From positions 26,598,001 through 26,662,000 of the forward strand of contig OX597820.1 in NCBI GenBank assembly GCA_951406725.2: a stretch of 64,000 bases of DNA, in the 5' to 3' direction. Below, piece by piece: positions 44,183 through 58,622 of the stretch. Under the pieces are notes generated by a model. The model was given only the letters and a program-made list of their open reading frames with translations. It had not been told where the DNA came from and searched no databases. Every line of letters begins with the position of its first letter. The stretch's first letter is position 1. The stretch comes from Octopus vulgaris. Lineage: Eukaryota. A program made the position numbers and the translations under genes.

Positions 44183-44448
44183 TTTCAAAAGCTACCACCT
44201 TGACGAACACTGCCTGAAAATTACTTGACAGGCACACATATCTGTGAAAAGCTCAGTCATTTTCACATTAATTCAGGAGCAAGTAATTCACTTGATCGAA
44301 AAACTGTAGGCTCAATATCGAAAGCCATGGATGCACCACCAGCATCATCCATCCCTTCATCCATCCATCCATCCATCCATCCATCCACCCATCCATCCAT
44401 CCATCCATCCATCCAAAGTACCCAGACCATCCACCTACCTACCTGTCT

Positions 44449-44522
<74 letters not shown>

Positions 44523-45220
44523 GTCTATTAAGTCAATGTAATCGACTTAATCCCTTTGTTTGTCCTTGTTTGTCCCCTCTACGTTCAGCCCCTTGTGGGC
44601 AATAAAGAAATAAGGTGGTACCTTTTGAACGACAGATACATCCATCTCACGGGCTTCTAAACGATTTCCGTCAATACACTTTTGCTCACGAGGCGTGGGA
44701 CGATGCGAGGAAATAGAAAATTGTCATAGGATCGAACCAGGAAATTGGTGGGTCCTCCCATCGTGTCTGTCTATTTGTCTGTCTGTCTGTTTGTCTATCT
44801 ATGCATGTGTGAAACTATTTTGTGTATATATGTGCGTGCGCACGCGGGTATGCGAGTGTTTGTGTGTATGCGTGTGTGTAGTGTGCGATTGAATGGATGG
44901 AACTGTAGGAGTTACTAAGTAAATGTCATTGCCGTAGGACATATGTATACTATATTATGAGGACATATACTATATTTGCTTAAGTATAAACGGTGACCCG
45001 TACTATTGTGAGTTCCTTCAATTATGCAAATTACACAGATCTTACAGCGTCTAATGAAATGCCTATATTCATTGTTTCTGTAATACATGAAGAGTTGGTC
45101 TTTCCCATTGGCCTGAGCACATATTATTCCGGTTCCTGATGAGCTTGACAGATTTTACATCTTCGTCTATTTTTGCATTGTTCTGAGATGTTTTGGTTAA
45201 TGGCGTTATATCTCATGAAG

Positions 45221-45283
<63 letters not shown>

Positions 45284-45492
45284 TTACTCTTTTACTCATT
45301 TACTTGTTTCAGTCATTTGACTGAGGGCACGCTGGAGCACCGCCTTTAGTCGAGAAAATCGACCCCAGGACTTATTCTTTGTAAGCATAGTACTTATTCT
45401 ATCGTCTCTTTTGTCGAACCGCTAAGTTACGGGGGACGTAAACACACCGCCATCGGTCGTCAAGCGATGGTGGGGATACAAACACAGACACA

Positions 45493-45558
<66 letters not shown>

Positions 45559-45905
45559 CGACGGGCTTCCTTCAGCCGTCTACCAAATCCACTCACAAGG
45601 CTTCAGTCGGCCCGAGGCTATAGTAGAAGACACTTGCCCAGGTGCCACGCAGTGGGACTGAACCCGGAACCATCTGGTTGGTAAGCAAGCTACTTACCAC
45701 ACAGCCACTAAATATATATGAGTGTGTGTGTGTGTGTATGCATGTATGTATATATATGTATGTCTATTTGTGCATACATGTGTATGTATATATGTATGTA
45801 TCTATCTATCACTTTATATATACTTCTTTATATACACAGATAAATATATATAAGTATATATATGTACATAAGTACGTTTGTATGTATATATGCATGATAT
45901 ATATA

Positions 45906-45941
<36 letters not shown>

Positions 45942-46900
45942 TGCATGCATGTATGTATGTATGTATGTATGTATGTATGTATGTATGTATGTATGTATAT
46001 ATGTATGTATGTATGTATATGTACACACACACACACACATACAAACACTTATATAGGCTAATTGGTATGTAGATAATTGATTTTGACACTTCTCTTTATT
46101 ATTTATGCTACGATATTGTCAAGAGACTTAACTATCTCAAATCTCCATCAAAGACTACGGCTACGAGTTAACATTAACTGCATTGCATCGGACTCGTTGG
46201 CTTCCGTTTGTTTCATTACATCTACACTCAGATTTCAAACACCACCAGGAGTTGATATTCTCCAGCGACCACCATATAGTTATTTATATTTATTTTAGTC
46301 ACCAGCGCTCTGTTATCGGTTTTAATCTTAGCCAGAAGTGTGCTGGAATTGATTAAGTTCATTTTACTGACCACCACCAACAGCATCACTGCTACCGCCG
46401 TCGTCGAAACTAGGAGTACTGCCACCCCCATGATGACGACGACCAACCCTCCTCGGTGGCGGTTTGCGACAATCCCATCAGAATTTGAACTCAAACGTGA
46501 TTTCTGCGTGTTTTCGCTTCATCAGCAGTAGATATCCACTATCATCGTTGCTGAACAAACCGCGCCTCCACTAAATCATAGAAAAACAGTGACTAATCAG
46601 GAAATGATGTCTTAAGTAGCTGGTGGGTTGGGTAAAAATTCGGTATTAGCTACAGGAACAGTGTTAGTACCTAATAAAAAAACCTTCATAACCTACTTGA
46701 TGCAGACGTATTGTAGGGACATCGTAATACTACCGTGTTCGTCATGAGAGTATCTCTCATATAAACGTTTAGTGCTTAAAAGCATAGAAAAATATCAGTG
46801 GCAGACGTTATATATATATTTATATATATGTGACCGTGTGTGTATCGTTGGCGATTTTTTTCCCTCTGTCTTTCCTTCTCTGGATCTTTCCTTCTCCTAT

Positions 46901-46935
46901 GTTTCCGACGAAGAGCTCCGCTCGAAACGTTAAAC
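46901..46935 (+). ncRNA. Minimal hammerhead-like motif (U4C variant) in a Penelope-like repeat
   Basis: GTTT-CCGACGA-A-GAGC-TCC-GCTC-GAA-ACGT-T-AAAC. Stem I is GTTT/AAAC, stem II is GAGC/GCTC, and stem III is the palindrome ACGT. Confidence 0.55.
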
Positions 46936-47018
46936 CCTCCTTCTTTCCTTCTTTCCTGAGCGTCCAATAATACTATATTTGTTCAACGTCCTCGCGTTGT
47001 TGTGTTTTTTGTGCTTTC

Positions 47019-47073
<55 letters not shown>

Positions 47074-48073
47074 TATACATATATTTTACTTGTTTCAGCC
47101 ATTTGGTTGCGGTCATGCTGGAGTACCACCTTCGGGAATTTTTAACCGAACCCAATCGAACCCAGAACTTATAATTTCTTTAAAGCCTGATACTTATTCT
47201 ATATGTCTCTTTTGCTGAAGCACCAAATTACAGAGATGTGGATATACCAAAATCGGTTGTCAAGTGGTGATGGGGAAAAACACAGACACACTCAAACGCA
47301 GATACATATACAACGGTCTTCTTTCAGTTTCCGTCTACCAAATCTACTCTCAAGATCTTGGTCGGCCCAAGGTGCAACGCAGTGTGACTGAACCCGGACC
47401 CATGTGATTGGGAAGCAAACTTTTTACCACACAGCCACATCAAGGTGTTAAATGGTCGTGTTCAACAAGTCTACATATTAACTCTACCAACATGTAAGCC
47501 GTGGCGGAATTTGAAACCAGAACGCAGACGGCTGGAACAGTGACCGCAAACTATCCGATCCGATGTTCTTAGAGTTCAACCAATCCACAGTCTTAGATTA
47601 ATACTTTCGTTAACGACCTTGAAAAAACAAAACAAAAACGACAGACAAAGTTACTTATGGTAGGGTGTGAACTCTAAGCGCAGTGTAGTGGAACAAATAT
47701 CGCAACGTATAAAATCCGACATTTTAACACTCAGAAAAATATCTGCTGGAAAATAGAAACATCTGCAAGTTTGTGAGCTGACTTATGGAAAGTTACTTTT
47801 GGTAATGCAATTGGTTTTAATGGTCCCAATAGGCAGGCCTAGTGATTATCAATAGTTATAATTTACAGCCTTACATTTGCTTATTTTGATGGAAGTGCCA
47901 ATGAGTTTAAAAATAAATAGGTATTGATTTGGCCTTTTTATGTTTAATCAATGCAGTATTCATAAATTACGTTAGAGCCTCATTCTAAAATAATTCTGTT
48001 ATACCTTCAGAGAATCCCTGGAGATAGATTTTGATTTAGACTTAGCTTAGTTCCATCAGCTTCAATGTTAGAC

Positions 48074-48136
<63 letters not shown>

Positions 48137-48188
48137 GTAATTATATTGAGTGTAATATCTCAACTTCGTAAATTATGGAATTTACAGG

Positions 48189-48229
<41 letters not shown>

Positions 48230-48972
48230 CGAAGTCAATATTTGTCATTATCCTAAATAATCCGCTGTGCATACATGTGCGAATATATATGTGTATGTGT
48301 GCGCACGCGTGCGTGTGTTGAATAAAACGCTTTTGGTAGTGGACAGCATAAAATAATAATAATGACACTCTCTATATAGCAAATATCCCCCCCACAAAAA
48401 ATAACTACCACCAGCAGGCTAGGTACTCAGAGTAAACTATTATACGTCTATGTTCATGTGAATGTATATACGTAGAAAGACATTATCTCTGTATTCTTTT
48501 CATGTAATAAATTATGAAAGAATTCTCATCATATAAGCATATGTATTTTCTATTAAGATGGCTTCCATGTTTACTCTCGTTTACCAGCGTTTGTATTTTC
48601 CTTTGGTCGGCCCGAGGCTATAGTAGAAGACATTTATCCAAGGTGTTACGCAGTGGGACCAAACCCGGAACCATGTGGTTGCGAAGGAAGCTACTTATCA
48701 CTCAGCCACGCCTGAACCCATATATATATATATATATATATTTATATAAAATTTTCAGAACAAGATAAAAATCCATGGCTTGGATTTTTCTCATTCTGAA
48801 AATTTTTTAATATATACACATGCTGATATATGACCTACGTTGGACTCTTCATTCGCATAATCACCGAACCTGGAGCTTCACTATGGTCTGTCCATAGCAC
48901 TTACTCAGCATTACCTGACACCTTGGTTCTTATTGACACCACTACCTCTCATAACCTCTCTTTCTCTCTCTC

Positions 48973-49017
<45 letters not shown>

Positions 49018-49043
49018 GTAATAATAGTAATAACAACAACAAC

Positions 49044-49105
<62 letters not shown>

Positions 49106-49129
49106 TAATAATAATAATAACAGGACATT

Positions 49130-49478
49130 ACAACAGGTGTCTTTCGAATTGAATTCAGCTGGCGTGTGTGATTGTATTTTGTATTTATATTTGTGTAACA
49201 TTGTTTGTTTTGCCGTCCTTGTCTTCGTATACATTCGATGCTTTCTTCCAAGGAATCTAATGCTCTTAGCTTACTTTTTCCTTGGGGCTGGCCAGATTGG
49301 AGCAATCTCAAGATTAATCAGCCGAAATTGCGAGGATGATCCGGTTCTTGACTGAAGATAGAAAGCTTCGAATGACTCGCCCTTGTTTTTTTTTTTTTGT
49401 ATCGTCTATCTGTATGTTTTGTTGTCCCTTTTTGTATCATGTAGTTGTCCGGATGTTTTGCGTTCTTGTCCCATTTTG

Positions 49479-49540
<62 letters not shown>

Positions 49541-49880
49541 AGAAATTAAATATAAAATATAAATTCCAAAGTGGGACAAGAACGCAAAAACACACAAAGA
49601 GACGACACACAAAAAAAAAAAAAAGACGGGACACACGAAGCCTCTAATCTTCAGTCGGGAACCGGATCATCTTAGCAATTTCGGCTGTTTAATCTCGATA
49701 TCGCTCCGAACCGGCCAGCCCCAAGGAAAAACTAAGTCACAGGCATTAGATTTCTTGGAAAGAGGATCGAATGTATACGAAACAAAGACAGGATGCCACA
49801 CGAATATAAATACAAGAAACAAAAAATAGAAATAAAAAACAAGAATGGTAAACAGGACAAAAACAGCGGGCGTCTTACGA
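49130..49880. mobile_element. Tail-to-tail inverted pair of a ~330-bp repeat around (TA)n (Penelope-like pLTR arrangement); third copy at ~2075-2402
   Basis: 49130-49482 (+) and 49560-49880 (-) share CCAAGrAATCTAATGC, CAGCCGAAATTGC and GCGTTCTTGTCCCA. Confidence 0.7.
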
Positions 49881-49881
49881 C

Positions 49882-49960
<79 letters not shown>

Positions 49961-50529
49961 CATACTGAAAGAGCAAAATAGAAACAAACACATATTCTTA
50001 TGATGAATAGATATGTTTATAATAAAAAAAAACCTTGATATTCTGGAGAAATGTGATCAATCTAAGACTCGTGTGTTAAATACAAGATATAAATGATGTT
50101 AATAGGAAAATACAAAAGCTGATAAACTAGAGTAAACATGGAAGCCATCTTAATAGAAAATACACATGCCTATGTGATGACAGTCTTTCATAATTTATTA
50201 CATGGAAAGAATACAGAGATAATATGTCTTTCTCTGTATATACATTCACATGAATATAGACGTATAAGAGTATACGAAGAGGATACACAAAAATGTGTAT
50301 GTATAAATAAATATATAAATGAATAAATAAATAAATAAATAAATAAATGCAAATGGTTATTCGACGAAAACAAATATGTTAAGTGATTGTTCAATGCTTG
50401 ATTGTATTTCTTATTTGTTTATCTATTTATGATTTCGGTTATGTTTGTGGAAACATACTTCAAAACGTATAAACAAAATGCACACACATGTCAGTGTGTA
50501 TGCGTGTATGCGCATGCGTTTGTGTGTGC

Positions 50530-50588
<59 letters not shown>

Positions 50589-51399
50589 AACATACACACC
50601 TAGATATATATAAACATATATATATATAAACATATATATTTATAAAACTCTCATGAAGGAATATGTATTTATACGATACATACATACATACAAATTTCTT
50701 CATCTTTCTGATTTGTTATGAGTTTAAATCAAAATATTAAATATTCATATCTGAATATATAAATATACCTGAACTTTTTGATAAATTTTCGAATATAAGT
50801 AAGTATGTTAGTAAGTTTGCATCTATGCTTGTGTGTATGTCACTCTTAGTACAACCGATAACATGCAGCTTAGTATATGATCTGGCAGTCGGCTACTAAA
50901 CATGGCTGCTTGGTGAGGAGAACAATTTTCATTGGATGATTTCGCTGGACGACAAGCAAAGCCTGTCAAACGGCGGATGAACTGAGCAGCGCCAACGACT
51001 ATCAAACAGCTGTGTGGGAGAGACCTCTAGTCTTTTGTTTCAGTATCTTTTTAGGAGAAAGAAAACTCTACTGAAACACCTACGATTTCGTTTGCATTCA
51101 TTTATATAATCTTATTCCTTTACTACCCACAAGGGGCTACACACAGAGGGGACAAACAAGGACAAACAAACGGATTAAGTCGATTATATCGACCCCAGTG
51201 CGCAACTGGTACTTATTTAATCAACCCCGAAAGGATAAAAGGCAAAGTCGACCTTCCTTTTGGGCAAATGCGTATGTTGTGTAGAGAGTAACATTGGCCA
51301 TATGTAGAACATTCCTCACTTTAAAAAAGCTTCAGATTTAAGCATCGCTTCATTTTCAACATCTCTGTTGTTTGCATACTATAGGTGGCCACTGAAAAA

Positions 51400-51625
51400 G
51401 GCAAAACACTCAATGTATGAAAGATTCTAAGTTGGAACGAATGCATGTGTCAGCGTGAATGGTGCGCACTCTGAATACCTGCTGCAGGCGGTGCCCATTG
51501 TTACCACATCTGTGCAAAAGAGTTTACGTCCCTCGAAGGACTGAAAAGCCACATCCATGCTGCTCATATTTAATAGAACAACCGAGAGATGGCATTGCTT
51601 AAACTTCGGTTGCAGCCATCAAGCA
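51400..51625 (+). mobile_element. Probable RTE-like LINE 3' end
   Basis: Reads ...HICAKEFTSLEGLKSHIHAAHI* (C-terminal zinc-finger-like), then a short UTR running into a microsatellite. Confidence 0.5.
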
Positions 51626-51878
51626 TGCATGCATTCATGTATGTATGTATGCACATATGCATGTGTATATGTATGTATGCATGCACATATGCACGTATGT
51701 ATGTATGTATGTATGTATGTATGTATGTATGTATGTATGTATGTATGTGCGTATGTGTATGTATGTGTGTGTGTGTGTATGTATGTATGTTTGTATGTAT
51801 TTTTCTACTCTAGGCACAAGGCCCGATGTATGTATATTTTATGCATGTTTAATGTATGTATATGAAAACGAGTCAATG

Positions 51879-51912
<34 letters not shown>

Positions 51913-51924
51913 TGTATGTATGTA

Positions 51925-52372
51925 TGTCTTCTTCCATTCACAAGTTCTCTATAGAGCATCTGCTTAGGAATACTTCTATCCTTCATTCTAATAAGGTGTC
52001 CAGTCCAACGCAACCGGTGCTTGTGCACCATCGCCTCAATACCCAAGATATCAGCTGTCTTCAGGATCCGTGTGTCTGGAATTTTTGAGGTCCAGCCAAC
52101 ATTGAGAATGTGTCTGAGACATCTCTGATGAAAACGTTCAAGGACCCTTACCTGACGTTTGTACAGAGTGAGCTGCGCGAAAGCGCACGGCTCGTATAGT
52201 GAATGGGGAAAGCTTGGTCTGCAATGTTTGCAGTCGTGTATGCTTGTCAAGAGCAGGGCTCATTAGCCACCACCGGAGGCGCAAATGCAAAATATAAATT
52301 AGTCCTAGAGCGCACAATGTTCCTGAAGGTCGGCAATGGTCTTCCTCGGTCACAAGTGGACGGCCATCATCA
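51925..52372. mobile_element. RTE-clade LINE insertion with 5' inversion
   Basis: Minus 51925-52169 reads LERFHQRCLRHILNVGWTSKIPD...RLRWTGHLIRMKDRSIPKQMLY. Plus 52170-52372 reads CNVCSRVCLSRAGLISHHRR plus a 3'UTR ending CCATCATCAT. Flanked by (GTAT)n. Confidence 0.85.
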
Positions 52373-53290
52373 TATATCATGTATGTATGTATGTATGTAT
52401 GTATGTATGTATGTATGTATGTATGTATGTATGTATGTATGTATGTATGCATGCATGTATGTATGTATGTATACATGTATGTTTGTATGTATCTGTGTGT
52501 ATGTAGATGTATGTATGTGTGTATGTGCGTGAGTCGTTGTGTGCGTGTGAGTGTTGTTGTGTGTGTTATGTATAACTTTTCATCAGATATTAGATAAACA
52601 AGTCTCCAACTAGGTGACAAGACCCCTTTTGTTGGGTATGTTTAGAAAGCATCTAGGCATTAATATAAGCTTTCAGTTTTATTTTTATTTTTGCAATACG
52701 CATGAATGTATTTCACTTCTCTTTATTCATACATTAAAATTCCCCTGAAACGCACATAAAAAATGGTTTCTAAGAAATAATGTCTTTTAAGGAAATTCAA
52801 ACGTTGTTATTTGCTGTTGTCGCCGTGTTTTTGTTACTTAACAACAACAGCAACATAAACAACAGCAACAACAACAACAACAACAACAACAGGAGTATAC
52901 CAAAAGAATCATGTGCTTTAGAAATTGATAAAAAAAACAACGCCTTTGAAATTTTTAGTGTTCCAACAACACAAGGAATTTATAAAAGTCAGATGAAGTA
53001 GGTTGTTGTATAATCTTGTTTTATATAGAATCATAGAACAATGTTTATGCAGAAAATGGGTGGGGAGGAGGAAACGACTGACAAGATAAATTACAGGAAT
53101 TGTGAGGTCGATAAATTAGAGGAAGTGTAAGGTCACCTCATGATACGTGTGCTCAAATCCGCATAAGAGAAGAGCAGTTTCGTTCCGTTAAGCTTTTGAA
53201 CAGGACAGCTCTATACAACAAAACCCCACTACACTCTACACAACAAAACCTCACTTCACCTAACAATAGGACGGACACACACACTCATAT

Positions 53291-53355
<65 letters not shown>

Positions 53356-53699
53356 TATATATTTCCGAATTTGTGTAAATGTGTATAGAATAATACATTA
53401 TTTGAATAAAGTTACACCATGCTCTGGTTTTCACGTTTTCTATTATTGTATTTTTAAAAATTCTTTTGCAATGTTGAAGTGTATTAAATATTAAAAAAAA
53501 TATTTAGTAAAATTCATAAAGTTCAATTAGCGCTTTCATACGTTCTTAGTAATCATCAAATTTCAAAATGTATTGACTGACAGTTGACTGCTTGATAACT
53601 GTAGTAAAATGACTGACTTCTTCATTTTTATACCTTTTAAAAGACTCCGACATAGCAGAATTTTTCGAATACGGTTTTGACCAATCAGCATACAGCTTA

Positions 53700-53882
53700 A
53701 ACGTCACAATTTGTCGGGAGCACCGATATTACTGGCAGACCCCACTTCTCTGATTTCTTTATGGATGTTCTCCTTCAGTTTCACCAGGGTCTCCGGTTTG
53801 TTGATGCAAACCCTCTCTTTCAGGTCTCCCCACAAGAAAAAAATTCGGGCTTTTCAAGTCTGGAGAACGTGAAGGCCATTCA
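53700..53882 (-). mobile_element. Tc1/mariner-superfamily remnant (WPSRSPDL motif)
   Basis: Reads WPSRSPDLKSPNFF, then a frameshift, then LWGDLKERVCINKPETLVKLKENIHKEI. Confidence 0.8.
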
Positions 53883-54253
53883 AAGTAGACCTCATACATG
53901 GTTCCATATATATATATATATATATATATTTATATTACTAGCTGTACCCATAGAAATTCCACGTTTCTCTTGAAAACTTGAAGATTGTTCGAAATTTATA
54001 GATAGTTTTGAAATACTCTTTACTCTCTTTTACTCTTTTACTTGTTTCAGCCATTTGACTGTGGCCATGCTGGAGCACCGCCTTTAGTCGAGCAAATCGA
54101 CCCCAGGACTTATTCTTTGTAAGCCTAGTACTTATTCTATCGGTCTCTTTTGTCGAACTGCTAAGTTACGAGGACATAAACACACCAGCATCCGTTGTCA
54201 AGCATGTTGAGTGGGAAAACACTGACAGAAAACGTATGCACACACATACATAC

Positions 54254-54296
<43 letters not shown>

Positions 54297-57200
54297 TATA
54301 CATATATGCGACGGGCTTCTTTCAGTTTCCGTCTACCAAATCCACTCACAAGGCTTTGGTCGGCCCGCGGCTATAGTAGAAGACACTTGCGCAAGGTGCC
54401 ATGCAGTGGGACTGAACCCGGAATCATGTGGTTGGTAAGCAAGCTACTTACCACACAGCCACTCCTGTTTTTTTTGTTTCGTTTCCGAATGTCTGTTTTT
54501 TCCAGAACTGTTTGTTTCTTGAATTCGCTCAAAGTTCAATAGGTAGTACTTCTGAAGATGCAGTGTTTGGGAATAACATCTTTGAAAATTATCTCCTTTG
54601 TTGTACACTTTTCACCTCTTTTACTTTGACAGTTATTATCTGTTATTCACGAACAAAAGATAGGAAAATCAAGAAGTGAATGCGCTCTAAAAGAACCTGC
54701 ATACGCCCGTGAGAAAAAACTTGCGCCTTAAAATCTTGTGACTTGTTCACCATTGAAAACACTAAACGTATTGGAAATTGATCAATCTCAAAAACGCAAG
54801 GTAAAAGATAAATTGGCATCACTTAGGCAGATTTTGATCCATGGAATAAAACCTTTGATTTTGAGTGTGCATTATCAATCACCTCGATATCCATGCAGAT
54901 ATTGTAGAGGTTAGTAATTTATATGCTTATTACGTTACATAATCCTTGTGGAAGGGATCTATTTCGTAAGAGCCAAACTATTACACCAAGGCATTAATTC
55001 AAATTTATGAGGTGGCATTTACTTCAGATAATACTAACCCTCTTCGTCATTCATGCCGCAACGGATTTTCTCGTATATCTTCCGAATTTGGTAACTTCCC
55101 TCTTCTCTTAAACTTTTCGCGAATCTTCGTTCGTTCGTTCGTTCCTTCGTTTATTGCTTCTCTTCGCATTTTCATGCTGACTATGTTATCAAAATTACTG
55201 AAAGTGTTATTGAAAGAATAATGTAATCTTTTATCCTTTCGTTTACTTGTTCCAGTCATTGGATTGCAGCCATGCTTGGGCACCGCCTTGAAGTACGAAG
55301 CCGAATAAATCCAACCCAGTGCTTATTCTATTGTACTAAGTTACGAGCATGTAAACCAAAACGGGTTGCTAAGCGATGGTGAAGGATTAACACAAACGTA
55401 CACACACACACATACATACACACACTGCGCACACTCGCACACACGCTAGCACTCTGTCGGTTACGACGACGAGGATTCCAGCTGATCCGATCAGCGGAAC
55501 AGCCTGTTAGTGAAATTAACGTGTAAGTGGCTGAGCATTCCAGAGACACATATACTCTTGTAACGTAGATCTCAGGGTATTTCAGCGTAACACACAAAAT
55601 GTGACAAAGTTGGCCCTTTGAAATACAGGTACAACTCATTCTTGCAAGCTGAGTGAACCGGAGCAACGTAAAATAAAGTGTCTTGCCCAAGGACACAATG
55701 CGCTACTGGGAATCGAACTCACGACGTTACGATCTTCAACTGAATATCCAAATCCCTTAACTACGCCTCTTCACACACACACACCCCTCTTAGACTTAGG
55801 TGCTCCCGCGTCGGGCGATGCGTAGAGCAATCAAAGTAGTCCAGGACGATGAGTCAGCAGCCACCTTGCTGTCTCCAGTAGGAAACAGCCGTTGCCCTGA
55901 TTGCTGCGATGTTTTCGCTCTCTTTTTTTTTTCGTTTTTTCATTGGTTTTAATAGCTTAAGGTTTTTTCCACTGAAAAGAGCTCAAACACGTGTATTTAG
56001 GAAAGAGATTGGAAGTGAAGCTGTCTCTGTTGAGGTCTAACCGAGGTCCACGAAATATAGTGCGGGTAACCTTCAGTCAGAAACACCAATGGCCGTTGCC
56101 GCAGCTCCTCCGTTTGCATCATGGTGCGATGTCAACACCACACGTCTCATGTGCTTTAGCTTGCGAGCTGAGGTGGCGGTGTACCAGGGTGTAGAATTTA
56201 GAATCAGCACATGAGAGATTAGTTTAATACGTTATTTAAAAGGACTGGCAAAATCGTTATCGCGTGGAGCAAAATGCTTAGCGGCATTTCAACCGTGTTT
56301 ACGTTCCGAGTTCAGATTCCGCCCAGGTCGACTCTGTCTTTCATCCCTTCTCAGGGTCGATAAAATAAGTAACAGTTAAACAGTTAAATACTGGGGTCGA
56401 TGTAATCGACTTAGCCCCTTCCTCGGTCTTACTGTCCTTGAGCCAAAATTTGAAGCCAAAATTTCTACCTTAAGAATTTTCCATTATAAATTCCTTCTCA
56501 CATTCACTTTTATTTGTCCAATCTTGGTTTACCCTTTGTTGGTCAGCAAACAAGGAATATTTTCCTGTTTGTAAATATATTTTGCGTTTGCTTTATACAT
56601 CTTTGGTCTATTTTCGTGCCTTACATTTTTTCTGTTTTCCAGTTTGATGTGGCGTTCGCGTTGTTTGTATCTTTCCTTTTTTTTGTCGCGTTATTCAGAT
56701 TCTTGTTTGCATTTTATATTCACGTTATTCATTTATTCTTCTGTTTGTTTCAGTCATTAGACTGTGACCATGCTGGAGCACCGCCTGGGAGGATTAAAAA
56801 TCTGGAACTTGGTTCTTATTCTACGGGTTCCTTTTAACCGAACTGTCAGTGTTATGAATACGAAAGTAAACACCAGTTATTAAGCAGTGAGAGATATACA
56901 CGAATGCACATGCGCGCACACACATACATACACATAAATACATACATACAAACACACATACGTACATACATATGTGTATACACACGTACATACATACACG
57001 TATGTACATACATGTGCATACACAAGTATATACACACATACATGCATACATATATGCACATACGTACATATATATATATATACGCGTATATACACGTACA
57101 TACATACACACATTTGTTCATGCATATGTGTATAAACACGTACCTACATACACACACATACATATGTACATAGACGAACTCACACTTACATATATACGAC

Positions 57201-57712
57201 GTGTTTCTATACAGCTTCAACGAAAATCATTCATAAGGGATTGTTTTATATTTTACGAATATTATTATTATTATTGAGTGAGAGAGCAGTGCATGCCATC
57301 AAAGTGACACTGGGGTAAAATATATGAAGCCCAGTATACCCATCATGACTACCCGTCTGATAAGGGTACACTAGGCACATGCGTCACCACCATATGTGCG
57401 CGACATGGTGATCTCATATCAAGATAAACAGTGAATTATCTAAACCTCTAAGAATTCCTTTCAACACACGGCTATGATGCTCCCCCACTACTTCTGCTCC
57501 TTATCAGAGATGCACATATCGTCAGCCACTAAGGGACATGCTCAGCTGGTTAAGGTCTAGCAACTGACAAGCAAATCTGTGGTACTGATCAGAATATTTG
57601 CTGTAGCCCATCTTTTATACCAAGACAAAACAATGTACATGATAACACTTGCAATCAGTTAAGATCAGCAGCCATGAGAGCCACTGTCTGGTACTGCATC
57701 AGGGCATTTATT

Positions 57713-57779
<67 letters not shown>

Positions 57780-58065
57780 GTTTGACTTTTGCTTTACATT
57801 TGCACAAGCTGGCTCCAAGTCTCACCCAGAGACCTCAAGAGACCACAAGTTGGAAGGTCATGTTGGTGTTATGCCTAGGGTGCCATATATTTGGTTTTGT
57901 ACTTAGTGTTGTACTAGTGAATGCCTAAAAAAACCATACGAAAATTTATTATTATTATTATTATTATTATTAATTTTATTATTATTATTATTAGTAGTAG
58001 TAGTAGTAGTAGTAAGAATTCAAATGGTCGTGTGCAACCGGGAACGAAAGTGTTTGTTCACTTAC

Positions 58066-58215
58066 TTGTGCAAATCTCTCCCGGAGCGCGCACTATGTCG
58101 GGTGAAATGTCATCGTAACCTGCTTTACATTTGCACAAAAATGATTTCATGTAATGCGTACAGGTGGCGTTCAGGCTGCAGTAGTTGTAACTCGAATCTT
58201 GACAGTGGTTGTATT
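58066..58215 (-). CDS. Internal coding exon A of an EGF-repeat type I membrane protein: one complete EGF-like domain
   Basis: Minus strand TTTTGTTTTTCAG|AATACAAC...TGCACAA|GTAAGT. 150 nt, phase 1-1, no stop. Translates (x)YNHCQDSSYNYCSLNATCTHYMKSFLCKCKAGYDDISPDIVRAPGEICT, with six Cys in EGF spacing and a long C5-C6 loop. Absent from the ORF track. Confidence 0.93.
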
Positions 58216-58378
58216 CTGAAAAACAAAACAAAAACAAACAAACATAAATAACAACAACAATGACATCAACAGCAAAATCAAAACTTCAAAACCACATTCA
58301 ACACTTTTATAACAAATCTTCACTTTATTATTGGCTTTCAGAGAACGTCATTCTCTCCATCCATCCGTCCGTCCGCCC

Positions 58379-58494
<116 letters not shown>

Positions 58495-58585
58495 GCGTAC
58501 GCGCGCACGCACACACACACACACTCACACACACACACATACACACACAGACACAGACACAGACACATACACACACAAACCTGTT

Positions 58586-58622
58586 GTGCTGATGAAGGCT
58601 ATTAAGTCAGAAACACGTGCTG
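58586..58622 (+). ncRNA. Degenerate hammerhead-like motif
   Basis: CTGATGA-A-GGCT-ATTA-AGTC-A-GAAA-CACGTG. Canonical boxes and a palindromic stem III are present, but the cleavage site and stem I have decayed. Confidence 0.35.

Noticed and set aside
46160-46270. Minus-strand ECRCNETNGSQRVRC resembling an LRR N-cap
   Set aside because: No convincing acceptor or donor, and the frame stops soon after.
48836-48902. Minus-strand VLWTDHSEAPGSVIMR resembling a YWTD repeat
   Set aside because: No polypyrimidine acceptor, an isolated motif and an in-frame stop.
53137-53210. Good acceptor followed by SCPVQKLNGTKLLFSYADLSTRIMR
   Set aside because: The only open frame is phase 0-2, incompatible with flanking exons A and B, and the donor is weak.
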